Shown here piece by piece: positions 10,912 through 21,355 of a stretch of 64,000 nt of DNA. The position numbers were made by a program, and so were the translations under genes. Within the stretch, counting starts at the first letter, position 1; every line of letters begins with the position of its first letter. The DNA lies in NCBI GenBank assembly GCA_965228895.1, contig OZ245842.1, forward strand, positions 352,001 through 416,000. The letters run 5' to 3'. Below the pieces are notes generated by a model. It had not been told where the DNA came from and did no database searches. It saw nothing but the letters and a program-made list of their open reading frames with translations. This stretch comes from Alphaproteobacteria bacterium. GTDB taxonomy: Bacteria; Pseudomonadota; Alphaproteobacteria; SP197.

Positions 10912-11025
10912 TGCAGTATAATACACTATCATCATGATGTACACCTTTCTGTGATAAACTTCTTAAGTTATTTCAGACTATTACATCGAATGAGAGATTT
11001 TCTAAGACTTGTGAATTTTATTGCA
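10912..11025. promoter_or_regulatory. AT-rich boxC promoter region with two putative BoxR boxes
   Basis: TGCA-GTATAA-TACA (10912-10925) and TGAA-TTTTAT-TGCA (11012-11025). Confidence 0.55.
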
Positions 11026-11462
11026 AAAATCCGAAGCTAGCCGCTCAGCTTCGATCTGGTTCATCCAATCTGTCAGGTCGAGGACTCCGTGCAGCCCCAA
11101 CAATGCCGACGTGACAGAACCTTGAGTACGTTCTGGAAGCCGAGGTTCGTCGCAAGCCGTTCTGGTCAAAACTCGGCAGCGACACCGGACTTTAGGTTAT
11201 TCAAACAGATCGACATGGGGGCGTGGCGTGCGCCCTAAGATGCAGAGGCAATGAGTAGTTGCCCAGTTGTTGTGTCGGACATACTTGCAATGACGGTTCC
11301 ACGACGTCCTCAGACCAGCGCGTCAGGATCCCTAGTATCGCGTTACCCAGCATGCGGGCGTAGAGGTTGGAGAAACCCGCACGTCCGTCACTCCTCACGC
11401 AGCTTGTTTACGCGACCTGTTCACCCGCGGTCAGTCCGTTTCCCTTGATCAGTCAGTGCCCA

Positions 11463-12995
11463 TTACGCGGGCGTGCGAAGCTTGAAACGCTGAATCTTGC
11501 CTGTCGCCGTTTTCGGCAGTTCATCAACGACTTCAATCCAGCGCGGGTACTTCCATTTGCCAATGCTGTCTTTGACAAACTCTTTAAGATCGCCCAGAGA
11601 CACCTCCGTTGGTTCGCCTTTGAGCACCACGAACGCTTTCGGTTTCTCGAGACCATCCTCGTCACGTTTAGCAACAACTGCAGCTTCCAGTACGTCCGGA
11701 TGACCAACTAAAGTCTGTTCGATCTCGAACGGCGACACCCAGATCCCTGACACTTTGAACATGTCGTCAGTGCGACCGCAAAACACCAAACGACCTCCTT
11801 CGATAAGCTCGTACTTATCGCCGGTACGCGTCCATGATCCCTCGAACGTTAAGCGGCTCTTCTCGCGCTGGTTCCAATACCCATCGGCCGCTGAGTCGCC
11901 GTGGACGAGCAGCTCGCCAATCTTACCGGTCGTGACCTCGTTGTCGTTGTCGTCGACAAGCCGCAGTGTGTAACCAGGAACTGCCACGCCCGATGTTCCG
12001 TAGACAACGTCGCCTGGCGCATTCGAGAGAAAGATGTGAAGCATCTCGGTCGAACCGACACCATCGAGAATGTCGACTCCTAAGAGTGCATGCCACTTCC
12101 TGCCCAGTTCTGACGGCAGCGCCTCGCCAGCTGAAATGCAGAGTCGAAGCATCGCGACCCTCGGCGGGCCAACTTCCTCCCAGTAGTGCAAGGCCGCCGC
12201 ATAAAGAGTTGGTACGCCGCAGAATATGGTCGGATTGTCATTCTGGAGTATCTGTGAAACGACTTCCGGCGTGGGACGGCCGCCAAACAAGATGGCGGTC
12301 GCTCCGACCGACAGAGGGAACGTCATTGCGTTGCCTAGACCGTACGCGAAGAACAATTTGGCGACGGAGAAAACCACGTCGTCTTCTCGAATACTCAGAA
12401 TTTTTGCACCATAGGTGTCGGCCGTGAACTTTAGGCTCCCGTGCACGTGGCGTACACCCTTTGGACGTCCGGTTGAGCCGGAGGAATAGAGCCAAAATGC
12501 GGTCTCATCGCGAGCAACCTCAACAGCATCGCGCGGTTCGGATCCTTTCATGAAGGCATCGAACGTGATGCCCTCGGGCGCAGTTTCACCGATTACGACA
12601 ACTTGGCGAAGGAAGGGATTTTGTCGCAGTAAAGGCGCAATCTTCTCGAAGAGTTCCTTTGATACAAACAGGCATGATGCGCGGCTATCGTTTAGGATTT
12701 CGTTGTAGAGGGCGGTCGACAGAAGTGTGTTGAGCGGGATTGGTACGACGCCCGCCTTGAGCGCACCCCAGAAGATTATTGGGAACTCGATTTGATCGAG
12801 GACGAGCATGAGTGCGCGTTCCTCTCGCCGAGTTCCGCCCTTCAGCAGTCCGTCTGCAACGCGTCCAGTTGCTGAACTCAGATCTGAATAGCTGATAGAT
12901 CGCCTTTTACCGACCACCTCGCGAAACGCCGTCTTGTTCTCACGACCTTCGGTCACGTGCCGGTCGACGAAATAGAGAGCGGCATTCTCGTTCAA
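11463..12995 (-). CDS. bclA: Benzoate-CoA ligase
   Basis: FWLYSSGSTGRPKG, AKLFFAYGLGN, DGVGSTEMLHIFLSN, LPKTATGKIQRF; TTG start after GGGAGGGAG. Confidence 0.92.
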   Translation of the reverse strand: MNENAALYFVDRHVTEGRENKTAFREVVGKRRSISYSDLSSATGRVADGLLKGGTRREERALMLVLDQIEFPIIFWGALKAGVVPIPLNTLLSTALYNEILNDSRASCLFVSKELFEKIAPLLRQNPFLRQVVVIGETAPEGITFDAFMKGSEPRDAVEVARDETAFWLYSSGSTGRPKGVRHVHGSLKFTADTYGAKILSIREDDVVFSVAKLFFAYGLGNAMTFPLSVGATAILFGGRPTPEVVSQILQNDNPTIFCGVPTLYAAALHYWEEVGPPRVAMLRLCISAGEALPSELGRKWHALLGVDILDGVGSTEMLHIFLSNAPGDVVYGTSGVAVPGYTLRLVDDNDNEVTTGKIGELLVHGDSAADGYWNQREKSRLTFEGSWTRTGDKYELIEGGRLVFCGRTDDMFKVSGIWVSPFEIEQTLVGHPDVLEAAVVAKRDEDGLEKPKAFVVLKGEPTEVSLGDLKEFVKDSIGKWKYPRWIEVVDELPKTATGKIQRFKLRTPA

Positions 12996-13163
12996 CTATG
13001 CTCCCTCCCCATATTCAGTCCCGTCTTCTGTCGCAGCGGCAATTGCCATGCGTTCCGCCCGATTTCCTGTGGAGTCAACTGCGCATGCGGCACTAGGAAA
13101 TGGGCTTTGGCATTGTTGTAAGGCAATGACCATCGACGCTCAGCGACTGGGTGGCATGACAAT

Positions 13164-14297
13164 CTACCCAGCGGCCAACTGTGGTGATGTCTGTGTTTGT
13201 TCCAGGTATGATCGATAGGACTGGCAGATAAGACCATTGACAAATAGGACCGGCTGTTCACGGGCTGGTAGCAAGCGGCTGCGATCTAGAACGCCTGTGC
13301 GCAACCCTTTTTGCTGAATTGCCGTCGCATCACCGTCTTCAATGAAGGTCTGTTCGTAAAGAGCGATCCACGCCTCAACCGTCGCTTCATCGGACCCCTC
13401 TTCCATGAAGTAATGGATGGTTTGACAAACGCTTTCGGAACCTGTCGGGCGCATTTGGGTGGCGATCATCAGGTCGTCGTGCTGCAACAAGACAAGGCCT
13501 GGAAAAATGCTTAGTGAACGAAAATTGTCAGCGCGCAGCGCTGTTTTGCTCGGCCCTTCGCGAGGGGGATAACGCGAAGCCATGAAGCGCGAACAGTATC
13601 GCGTGTTGATCTTATTGATATCGGCTTCAAACGCTGCCGCAAACGAGCTGGGATGAATGTTGTTGCAGTGATAACACTCGACAAAATTGTCGTACCAGAG
13701 TTTCCAGTTCGAGCAAACGTCGTGCCTGCATTCCCGCACGAATTTGTAGCGCGCTAGATCCAGGTCCATACCTATTCTTTCTGCTTCTGCGGCCATGTCT
13801 GGGAAGAATTCCAAAATTGGCTTAGCATTTGGATCAGCATTGACGAACACCCACGGTCCCAATTGGTCAATCGCAACCGGCAAAAGGCCGAGCTGATTCA
13901 CTGGAAAATCATCTTCGGCATCACTTCCAGGTGCATTGGCAAGCTGGCCATTGAGCCTGTAGGACCAGGCGTGATAGCGACATACGAGTCGCTTGCATTT
14001 CTTTGTGTTCTTCTCTGCCACCTGATAGCCGCGATGGCGGCAGACGTTGACGAACGCATGCAGCTTGCCGTCGTCGCCGCGAGTGGCGACCACGGGTACG
14101 TCGCCAGCGTAGCCAACCATTACATCACCGGGATCCGACAACTCTGACAGCGGCCCGATGTACTGCCAGTTGCGCCGATAGACCGATTTCAGATCCAAAT
14201 CGTAGATTGCCGGATCAAAGTAGAAGTGCGCTGGCAGGCCCCAAGACTGTTCGAGCTTAACTTGAATGTCGTCTATATCGATCAAGTTGGTGTGCAT
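13164..14297 (-). CDS. Rieske oxygenase alpha subunit (ECYHC type, CntA/GbcA/Stc2-like), R2
   Basis: CRHRG...CRYH; NWKLWYDNFVECYHCNNIH. Confidence 0.9.
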   Translation of the reverse strand: MHTNLIDIDDIQVKLEQSWGLPAHFYFDPAIYDLDLKSVYRRNWQYIGPLSELSDPGDVMVGYAGDVPVVATRGDDGKLHAFVNVCRHRGYQVAEKNTKKCKRLVCRYHAWSYRLNGQLANAPGSDAEDDFPVNQLGLLPVAIDQLGPWVFVNADPNAKPILEFFPDMAAEAERIGMDLDLARYKFVRECRHDVCSNWKLWYDNFVECYHCNNIHPSSFAAAFEADINKINTRYCSRFMASRYPPREGPSKTALRADNFRSLSIFPGLVLLQHDDLMIATQMRPTGSESVCQTIHYFMEEGSDEATVEAWIALYEQTFIEDGDATAIQQKGLRTGVLDRSRLLPAREQPVLFVNGLICQSYRSYLEQTQTSPQLAAG

Positions 14298-14359
14298 TTC
14301 AGCCTCCAAAGCCGTTAGTTCCCGCTGCGCTCATACATCAAGCTAACAGGCCGTGTTGT

Positions 14360-14392
14360 GGCGTTATAATGCATGTTCTGCGACATAGTGCA
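14360..14392. promoter_or_regulatory. Two putative BoxR-type boxes upstream of Rieske R2
   Basis: GGCG-TTATAA-TGCA (14360-14373) and TGCG-ACATAG-TGCA (14379-14392). Confidence 0.45.
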
Positions 14393-14596
14393 ACAGTAGA
14401 CTCATCAAGCTGTAGTATGTCGGCAGCGATTTCACGCTGTTCCATCAAACCGAGGGCTTTGCTTCGTGAAGCACCTACACTGGAGGAAGAGATCTTCGAC
14501 GTTCCGGAGCCGCAAGGCTGCGTTGGTGTCACGAGCTCCCTCACGAGCCAAGAGATGATCTTGCTGCGGGCCTAGAGCAGTAATCGTCGCTGCGTC

Positions 14597-14700
14597 TACT
14601 CGAAGCCGGGAAATCTGCTGATCTTCCCCGCCTAGTGCTGCCACCTCGTTCAGCCAGTTTCGCGGTATGGCGAGGAGTTTGTGTCGTCTTCAATGCGACC
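14597..14700 (+). pseudogene. Fragment of a putative 2OG-Fe(II) oxygenase (TIGR02466-like)
   Basis: KPGNLLIFPA*CCHLVQP, then frameshifted FRG and VCVVFNA; matches PG.L..FP.WL.H.V.P...FN with TAG where Trp is expected. Confidence 0.4.
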
Positions 14701-14727
14701 GTTTCGCACCGCCAGACATCCCGCACC

Positions 14728-14755
14728 ATTTTCCATAATGCAGAATATGGAACTT
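14728..14755 (-). other. dif-like XerC/D recombination site 1
   Basis: Minus strand AAGTTCCATAT-TCTGCA-TTATGGAAAAT (11-6-11). Confidence 0.65.
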
Positions 14756-15074
14756 ACGACTGTAGGCGGAGAGCCAATAGGTCAGTGTCCATCCTAGCTG
14801 ACGAAGTCATCAGAGATGAGAATAGGACGTGCGCCTCGTGATATTGATTCCACTTTGTTCGGGCGGAGATACCGATAACCTCTGACTCTTGTAGGAGTCC
14901 TAGCGCTCACCATTGTTAGGCAACCTGTCCCAATCGAACACTCTATCTGCCGATCGAGCCTTGACAGGCAGACCGGTCAGCCGGTGATCGGTTGTCATGT
15001 AGAATGTCCTGCGAACGATGTTGTCGTGTCTGTTTCGTTGCCTGGTGCGTGGACCAGCGACCGAAACGGGCCTG

Positions 15075-15385
15075 AGGGGATGTGCATTCGAGGTCGGCCG
15101 ATTGCGCCACAATCGCCTTGGCAAAACGGATACGTTGAACGTGTCATCGGGTCGATTCGACGCGATCTACTGAACCACTTTGTCGACGTAAACGAAGGAC
15201 ACCTCAGAAAACTGTTTCGCCGTAATGCCGACTACTAACAGCGGCTTTCGTACCAGTCTTGGATTGGCGAAAGACACCCCAGACTATCGACCCATTCAAT
15301 CGATTTGAAAGACCTCGTCACAGCAGTTCCTGGTGGCCTGCACCACGCCTAGTTGCGGATGGAGTAAACAGTAGGGACAGGTACT
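15075..15385 (+). pseudogene. Integrase-core (rve) IS transposase C-terminal remnant
   Basis: RPIAPQSPWQNGYVERVIGSIRRD, premature stop, then LAKDTP and GGLHH-like pieces. Confidence 0.8.
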
Positions 15386-15493
15386 AGCAACGCCTGACCT
15401 TGTCCTATGTCAGTTGAAAGAGCGCCCTATCTTCCGCCTTGCAAAACCGCAAACCTCGAGAACGTCGCGCACCACCTCCAGCATACTCGCACG

Positions 15494-16042
15494 TCAGCGT
15501 TGAGTCTTTGCGGTCAGATTTCCGCTTAACGGAACACCGTGCGCAACAGTCATCGCGTTCGGACTGAAGTTAACCGCCGCTTCCTGAATCTCCGCGAGTA
15601 ACTCGTCGTCGGCATCTGCGTCGACGACAATGTGATACTCCATGCCCAACATCTTTATCTCTGCGTCATCGCGCAGGTTCATGAAGCCTGCTAGATCGAG
15701 ACTTCCTCGCACGGTCACCTCGAGCGACCTGATCTCGACATTTTTGACAGACGCGTTGACGACGAAACCGACCATGATGCAGGCGCCGACACCCGACATC
15801 AGGTACTCCTGCGGCGTCGGTCCTTCGGAGTCGCCCAGCAGTTGGGGCGGCTCATCGACAACCCACGTAAACGGTCGAGGGATGATGTCGCTCCCGACCT
15901 TCATGTCGAGCGTCTTGACGTTGGCGCGCACACCCTGGTCCCAATCCAACGACACGCCATACTCGGCAATACCGTTGGCGGGATTCTGCCTGATGCTGTC
16001 CATGGCTTCGAAAAGCGATTTGGTGTCTACGTGGTTGAGCAT
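15494..16042 (-). CDS. OsmC-family protein
   Basis: DEPPQLLG..GPTPQEYL...GAC; second Cys position reads SPN. Confidence 0.85.
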   Translation of the reverse strand: MLNHVDTKSLFEAMDSIRQNPANGIAEYGVSLDWDQGVRANVKTLDMKVGSDIIPRPFTWVVDEPPQLLGDSEGPTPQEYLMSGVGACIMVGFVVNASVKNVEIRSLEVTVRGSLDLAGFMNLRDDAEIKMLGMEYHIVVDADADDELLAEIQEAAVNFSPNAMTVAHGVPLSGNLTAKTQR

Positions 16043-16082
16043 GATTCACTCCTATGACTCAGTTCAATGACCCTTGGACCAT

Positions 16083-16613
16083 TCAGGATTCGGAAGGTGG
16101 TGCCGGATACCACGATTCAGGTTCGGGAAACTCGAATCCGTCCGGAATAGTAAATGTCTCGATCGTCGTGCTGATCGCGTCTTCGGTCCCGAAGTAGGCC
16201 CACGGTATCTCGCCCTTCAACGACCCCGACTGGATCACGTCAAAGCCCCGGTCCTTGTACCCCGCAAGTCTCTCTTGCCAACTCAGGCCCGCACAATCGA
16301 CGGCGACGTGATGGATCCCTTCGCCATGGTCGTTGAGGAACTCGTGGTAGATCGTCCGCCCATGAAGCGGCTCAACCACCTCCCACATCATTTTTCCCGA
16401 GAAGGCGATGCAGAGTTTCATCGCAAAGTCTTCCGGCGCGCCCCGGTACATGAGATCGGTGTTGTTCTGTTTGTCGTATGTGTAGATTCGCCACGGTCCT
16501 ACGCCGAGCCGTGTCATGCCTTCGAGTGTTCGAAGATGATCGCGCGTTACGATGCAGACCTGGATCGTCTCGCCCAGAATGTTCGTCGGCATCAGGTTGG
16601 TGTCGTTGTTCAT
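16083..16613 (-). CDS. VOC-family protein (methylmalonyl-CoA epimerase/glyoxalase-like)
   Basis: GVGPW, WEVVEPLHG, EFLNDHGEGIHHVA; start taken at ATG 16613. Confidence 0.85.
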   Translation of the reverse strand: MNNDTNLMPTNILGETIQVCIVTRDHLRTLEGMTRLGVGPWRIYTYDKQNNTDLMYRGAPEDFAMKLCIAFSGKMMWEVVEPLHGRTIYHEFLNDHGEGIHHVAVDCAGLSWQERLAGYKDRGFDVIQSGSLKGEIPWAYFGTEDAISTTIETFTIPDGFEFPEPESWYPAPPSES

Positions 16614-16642
16614 CGTTTTGCCTCTCCTACGTTCGGCCTTGA

Positions 16643-17419
16643 TCACCAGGCCGTATAGCCGCCGTCGACGTGAAGGATCGTACCGGTGCAATAGCTTGAT
16701 GCGTCACTCGACAAGAACAGAACGGCGGAGGCGATCTCACGGGGTTCCGCTAAACGCCCCAAGGGCGTCATATCGACCCAGCGGTCAAACCAATCGGGGT
16801 TCTCTTCCTTCAACGGCAAGACCATGTCGGTCCCGACATATCCTGGCGCGACGGCATTGACCCGAACGTTGTCGGGCGCCAGCGCGCATGCGAGCGACTT
16901 CGTCAGCAGGTGTATGGCGCCCTTGCTGGCAATGTAGGGTACAGAGTTCTGTGGTCGAGAGGCGACGGTCCCGAGAATTGACCCGATGTTGACAATGCAA
17001 CCGCTTTTGCGCGCCGACATGTGCCGTCCGAAGGCCCGCGCACACCAGAAGGCTGCGTCGACATTTACGCTCATGGTGAGGTTCCATTCGTCGTCCGAGG
17101 TCGCCAGTGGGTCGGGAACGAACGCTACGCCGGCATTGTTGACCAAGATATCGACAGGACCTTCGTATGTGATTACCTCGTCTGCGACTTCTGTCACAAT
17201 CGAGGAATCCGTCACATTGACCCGGCGGCTCGTCGCCTCATATCCGGCATCGCGTAACTCAGCGACGGCCGCCATGCCGCTATCGGACTCCTTCTCGAGG
17301 ATCACGATCTTGGCGCCGGCCTCGGCGAGAGCTTGGCAAATCTCGCGTCCAATACCCCGACCGCCGCCGGTCACGACGGCGCGGCGATCGGTGAGACGGA
17401 AACCCTCCAGATACGACAT
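16643..17419 (-). CDS. Classical SDR oxidoreductase
   Basis: TGGGRGIG, NNAG, YIASK. Confidence 0.92.
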   Translation of the reverse strand: MSYLEGFRLTDRRAVVTGGGRGIGREICQALAEAGAKIVILEKESDSGMAAVAELRDAGYEATSRRVNVTDSSIVTEVADEVITYEGPVDILVNNAGVAFVPDPLATSDDEWNLTMSVNVDAAFWCARAFGRHMSARKSGCIVNIGSILGTVASRPQNSVPYIASKGAIHLLTKSLACALAPDNVRVNAVAPGYVGTDMVLPLKEENPDWFDRWVDMTPLGRLAEPREIASAVLFLSSDASSYCTGTILHVDGGYTAW

Positions 17420-17799
17420 CGCAGTATTCTCTACCTTCTCTGCGCGTTCTCACGACGAACAACTGTCTATGCCGCAGTGAAAGCTTGGCCGGATCCGCCG
17501 GTGGCAGGCTTCCGACTTATGCGCAGTTACGATAGGGCCTCCAAACAACGTTACAAAGGAAATTTCTGTTCATCAGATAAAATTATTGCCTAACAGAACT
17601 TTGATGTCCCATAATCTGTGGCATTTGAGACAAGGGGCTACAGGTCTTTGCCCGACCGGAGGTGTTCGTGCGGAACGCCCCCAGCGGAGCAGATAAAATG
17701 GTCTGCGAGGCAGAAACACATGCTGGCGCCGCGACGTTCGTGTTGCGGGGTTTCGACTTCAGCCAACCTTGAATCGATCGATTGGGGGTGCTGAAGTTG

Positions 17800-18236
17800 A
17801 TAATCGAAAGCACCATGCAGTCCGCCCGGCTGGACGTTGCGCGTCTGCTTCGATTGGCGCCGAACGGACGGGCGTCATACAGCATCACAAGATGGCGAAA
17901 CGGAGAGCCGGACACCGTTGGCTATGCCGCGGTGGTGTCCCGTGCCGCCAAGTCGCCGTCTGCGATGCGCGCGGCCGGCATCAGTTCCGGTGATGCGGTC
18001 GGGTCTTTCTGCTCAGCGGCGCTTGAACATGTCGAGTCAGCCTGCGGTATGGGCTTCGGGTGGCTTCAACCAAAGGTGATGGACTACCGCACGATGGCGT
18101 TTCCGTCGGTGAGATTCAGATCAGTGGCGCTTGGATGACAGCGTCTTACTTGGCGAGTTCATCCGATGAGCAGTCTGACAACCACTGACCAAGAACTGGT
18201 GGCACTGGTCCGAGCAGTCCGACTGGGCAAGTGACA
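17800..18236 (+). pseudogene. Possible N-terminal remnant of a fatty-acid-CoA ligase (FadD14/DmdB-like)
   Basis: ESTMQSARLDVARLLR...GYAAVVSRAAK..SAMRAAGISSGDAV..F....EH resembles the AMP-binding enzyme N-terminus; rest missing; lies upstream of an enoyl-CoA hydratase. Confidence 0.4.
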
Positions 18237-18282
18237 TTGACGAATCGAAGCAAGGCTATCGAACTGGAGAAGGACGAAAAAA

Positions 18283-19098
18283 ATGGGTGTCGCCGAAACT
18301 GAAGTGAAAAACAGTGTTGGTTGGATCACGATCAACCGTCCGAAGAAAGTCAATGCGCTCTCGTCCGAAACAGTCGGTGCCTTGAGGGAGGCCGTCGAGT
18401 CGTTCGAGGCTGACGAAGACGTCCGCGTCATTGTGCTGCGCGGCGCCGGCGACAATTTTTCCGTTGGCTACGACATCACCGAGGAGGTCGAGGCCGGTTT
18501 GTCCAAGCCCGAGGATTGGCACGGCGCGCTTTCTAACAATGTCGGGCTTTCCATGGCAGTTTGGTCGTCGACCAAACCTACCATCGCCGCCGTTGACGGA
18601 TGGTGTCTAGCGGGTGCCTGCGAGTTGGCGATGGCTTGTGATCTGATCGTTGCAAGCGACCGGGCAAAATTCGGAGAACCGGAGATACGATTTGGTTCGG
18701 GTCCGGTTACGTTGCTGATGCCCTTCGTGCTGGGCCAGAAAAAGACGATGGAATTGCTGCTAACCGGCGACACGATAGGTGCGGATGACGCGGAACGCTT
18801 CGGACTGATCAACAACGTGGTGTCGCCCGAAGCGTTGTTTGACACGGCCCAGGCGCTGGCAGAGAAAATCGCGCTTACGCCTTTGATCACGCTTCGCCTG
18901 ACCAAAATAGCGCTGACCCGGGCCTATGAGGCCATGGGACTCCGCAATGCCGTTAACGTCAACTTGGACTTGGCGGCGACGTTGAACGCTGCCGAGTCGC
19001 CCGAGAAGACACAGTTTGTGGATCTGGTTCGCTCCGAAGGTCTCCGCAAGGCCCTCGACTTTCGCGATCAGCGGTACGGTGCGCTTACAGAGGAGTAA
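18283..19098 (+). CDS. Enoyl-CoA hydratase/isomerase family protein
   Basis: NRPKKVNALS, FSVGYDI, AGACELAMACD, FGEPE. Confidence 0.92.
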   Translation: MGVAETEVKNSVGWITINRPKKVNALSSETVGALREAVESFEADEDVRVIVLRGAGDNFSVGYDITEEVEAGLSKPEDWHGALSNNVGLSMAVWSSTKPTIAAVDGWCLAGACELAMACDLIVASDRAKFGEPEIRFGSGPVTLLMPFVLGQKKTMELLLTGDTIGADDAERFGLINNVVSPEALFDTAQALAEKIALTPLITLRLTKIALTRAYEAMGLRNAVNVNLDLAATLNAAESPEKTQFVDLVRSEGLRKALDFRDQRYGALTEE

Positions 19099-19117
19099 CC
19101 GGGCGCGCTCGCGACAA

Positions 19118-19897
19118 TCAGTATGTCGCGTATCCACCATCGACATTGATTGACTGACCAACGATGTGCGGAGACGTCGCAAGAAAGACCACGAGTTCGC
19201 CCATATCCTCGGGCGTTTGCGGCTCGCCTTGGGGAAGCAGTGTTTCAATAAACCGCTCCCAGGCGTCATCGACGGTCTCGCCGTCGTTCCGCCACCGCGA
19301 TGCCAGGCCGTCATCGCTCATCCACATGGCCGTGCCCACCAAGCCCGGGCAGATCGCATTGATGCGAACACCTTTTCGGGCAAACTCCTTGGCGATCGAG
19401 TTGGTAAAGCCAACAACCGCGAACTTCGAGGCGCAGTAGTGTGAAAGCCCCGGAAACCCGATCTTGCCGGCGACGGAAGCGATATTGACGATGGCGCCGC
19501 CGCTCCGCGCCGACATCAATGCGGCCTCGGCCTTGCAACACAGATAGACGCTCTTGACGTTCACCGTCATGACGCGGTCCCACTCCGTCTCTTCCAGATC
19601 GCCGAGCTCGACCGCACCGACAACGCCGGCATTGTTCACGGCAATGTCGAGCTCGCCGAACTCGTCCAACGCCTTCTGCAACATGGTGTCGACCTGGCTG
19701 GCGCTGGTGACGTCGGCGTTGACGGCAACGGCCTGCGCGCCCGACGCTGAAAGATCCTTCGCCGTACTCTCCGCGGCGGCGCCATCGATGTCGGCAATGA
19801 CAACCTTCGCCCCTTCGCGCGCCAGGCACTCGGCAATACCCTTGCCGATTCCCCGACCAGCACCGGTAACCAACGCGACCCTGCCTTTCAGTTTCAT
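19118..19897 (-). CDS. SDR oxidoreductase, acetoin/butanediol dehydrogenase-like
   Basis: TGAGRGIG, YCASKFAV, ICPGLVGTAMW. Confidence 0.88.
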   Translation of the reverse strand: MKLKGRVALVTGAGRGIGKGIAECLAREGAKVVIADIDGAAAESTAKDLSASGAQAVAVNADVTSASQVDTMLQKALDEFGELDIAVNNAGVVGAVELGDLEETEWDRVMTVNVKSVYLCCKAEAALMSARSGGAIVNIASVAGKIGFPGLSHYCASKFAVVGFTNSIAKEFARKGVRINAICPGLVGTAMWMSDDGLASRWRNDGETVDDAWERFIETLLPQGEPQTPEDMGELVVFLATSPHIVGQSINVDGGYATY

Positions 19898-20299
19898 CTT
19901 CTACCCTCCCGTTTGTCCGTCATGTGGCGTTGCCGTCCAGGTGAGAAGCGTGCGCTATCGACGGCTATCAAGACCATCCCCGCTTTCACCGATGCAGCGG
20001 ACGACAAATGACGTCGCGCGACATCTGGCGAGCCGCGGGAGATGGTTTCGGTGAGTTTTCATAAGTGAGAAAACATTCCGTTTGTCAAGATTGGTAAGGG
20101 AGCCCTTGATCTTCGATCTGAAGACGTTTCGACGTGCAACTTGACCCACTCCACAGTCGCGGTAGTATCGTCTAGTAAATAAAAATATCGCTCACCGAAA
20201 TGACTGTGTTCGACGACGACTTCTTTGGACGAACAAAACGTGGGACAAAAACCCATGGATCGAAGGAAGAGTCATTTCCAACCTGATGGGAGAAAATCA

Positions 20300-21355
20300 A
20301 TGTCTGAAGAACGGCGAGAAGCTCAGGAAGTTGAAGCTGGTGAAATCGACCTAACCCGGCGCATGCTGCTTGGGAGCGGTGCCGCGCTTGGCGCCGCAGC
20401 CGCGGTCGGCGTGCCAAACTTTGCGTGGGCATCCGATAAGGATCCAAAGGATTTTCGTTTCGGCGTTTCGATTCCGTTCAGCGGACTTGACGCTTATCAA
20501 CATCTGATCCAAGGCTACGAGGCTGCCGTCAACGATCTGGGTGGCGACGTGACGATCGTTGAAGCCAACTATGACATCAAGAAACAGGCTGACCAGATTG
20601 CAACGATGGTTGCGTCCGGTGTCGATGCGGTCTGTGTCCTGCCGATCGATCCGGCGGGCATCTCAACCGCTGTGCAGGCGGCCGTCGAGTCCGGCACGCC
20701 GGTCTTCTCGACCAACTCGTATGTGCCGTACGCGACGACGGCCTCGACGTCGATCCACGACGGCTACGGCATGGGCGCGGCAACTGCGCGGTACCTCGTC
20801 AATCGTCTCGGCGGCCAAGGTAAGATCGGTATCATCACGTTGCCACTCAACGAAGGTTGGGCGACGCGTACGATGGGAATGGAGTTCGTCGTTCAGCAGT
20901 ATCCGGATATCGAGATCGTCACAGAGTGGCCGTTCGACGCGACACTAAAGGTCACCGCCCGCGAAGCGGTCGACAATATGCTGACAGCACATCCCGAGTT
21001 GAACGCCATATGGGCGTCATGGGACGGCGCAGCGATCGAAGCCACACTGGCCATGCGTTCGGCGGGACGCGACGATATGTTCGTGACCGGAAACGACGGC
21101 GGCCGCCAGGCATTCGAATACATCCAGGGGAATACGCAGTTCGAGTACACGGTGGTCCAGAGTTTCTTCCAGGAGTCGTATCACAGTATCTACTTCGCCC
21201 ACGAAGTTCTGCAGGGGCGACCTGCGCCGCGTATCGTCATCAACAAGACTTACGGTTGCGGACGAGAGGACTTGGAAGGCGTCGATCTGGATTCGATTGC
21301 CGACTACGATCGCTTCGGTCGCGCCGAGGAGATCGGTTGGGAACGGGTCGCTTAG
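20300..21355 (+). CDS. Sugar ABC (CUT2/RbsB-like) substrate-binding protein with Tat signal
   Basis: TRRMLLGSGAA twin-arginine leader; periplasmic binding fold motifs; ATG 20300 after GGGAGA. Confidence 0.85.
   Translation: MSEERREAQEVEAGEIDLTRRMLLGSGAALGAAAAVGVPNFAWASDKDPKDFRFGVSIPFSGLDAYQHLIQGYEAAVNDLGGDVTIVEANYDIKKQADQIATMVASGVDAVCVLPIDPAGISTAVQAAVESGTPVFSTNSYVPYATTASTSIHDGYGMGAATARYLVNRLGGQGKIGIITLPLNEGWATRTMGMEFVVQQYPDIEIVTEWPFDATLKVTAREAVDNMLTAHPELNAIWASWDGAAIEATLAMRSAGRDDMFVTGNDGGRQAFEYIQGNTQFEYTVVQSFFQESYHSIYFAHEVLQGRPAPRIVINKTYGCGREDLEGVDLDSIADYDRFGRAEEIGWERVA

Noticed and set aside
11040-11462. Possible remnant of an alpha/beta hydrolase after the ligase
   Set aside because: Only an overlapping ATG and a short LTAG match; too weak
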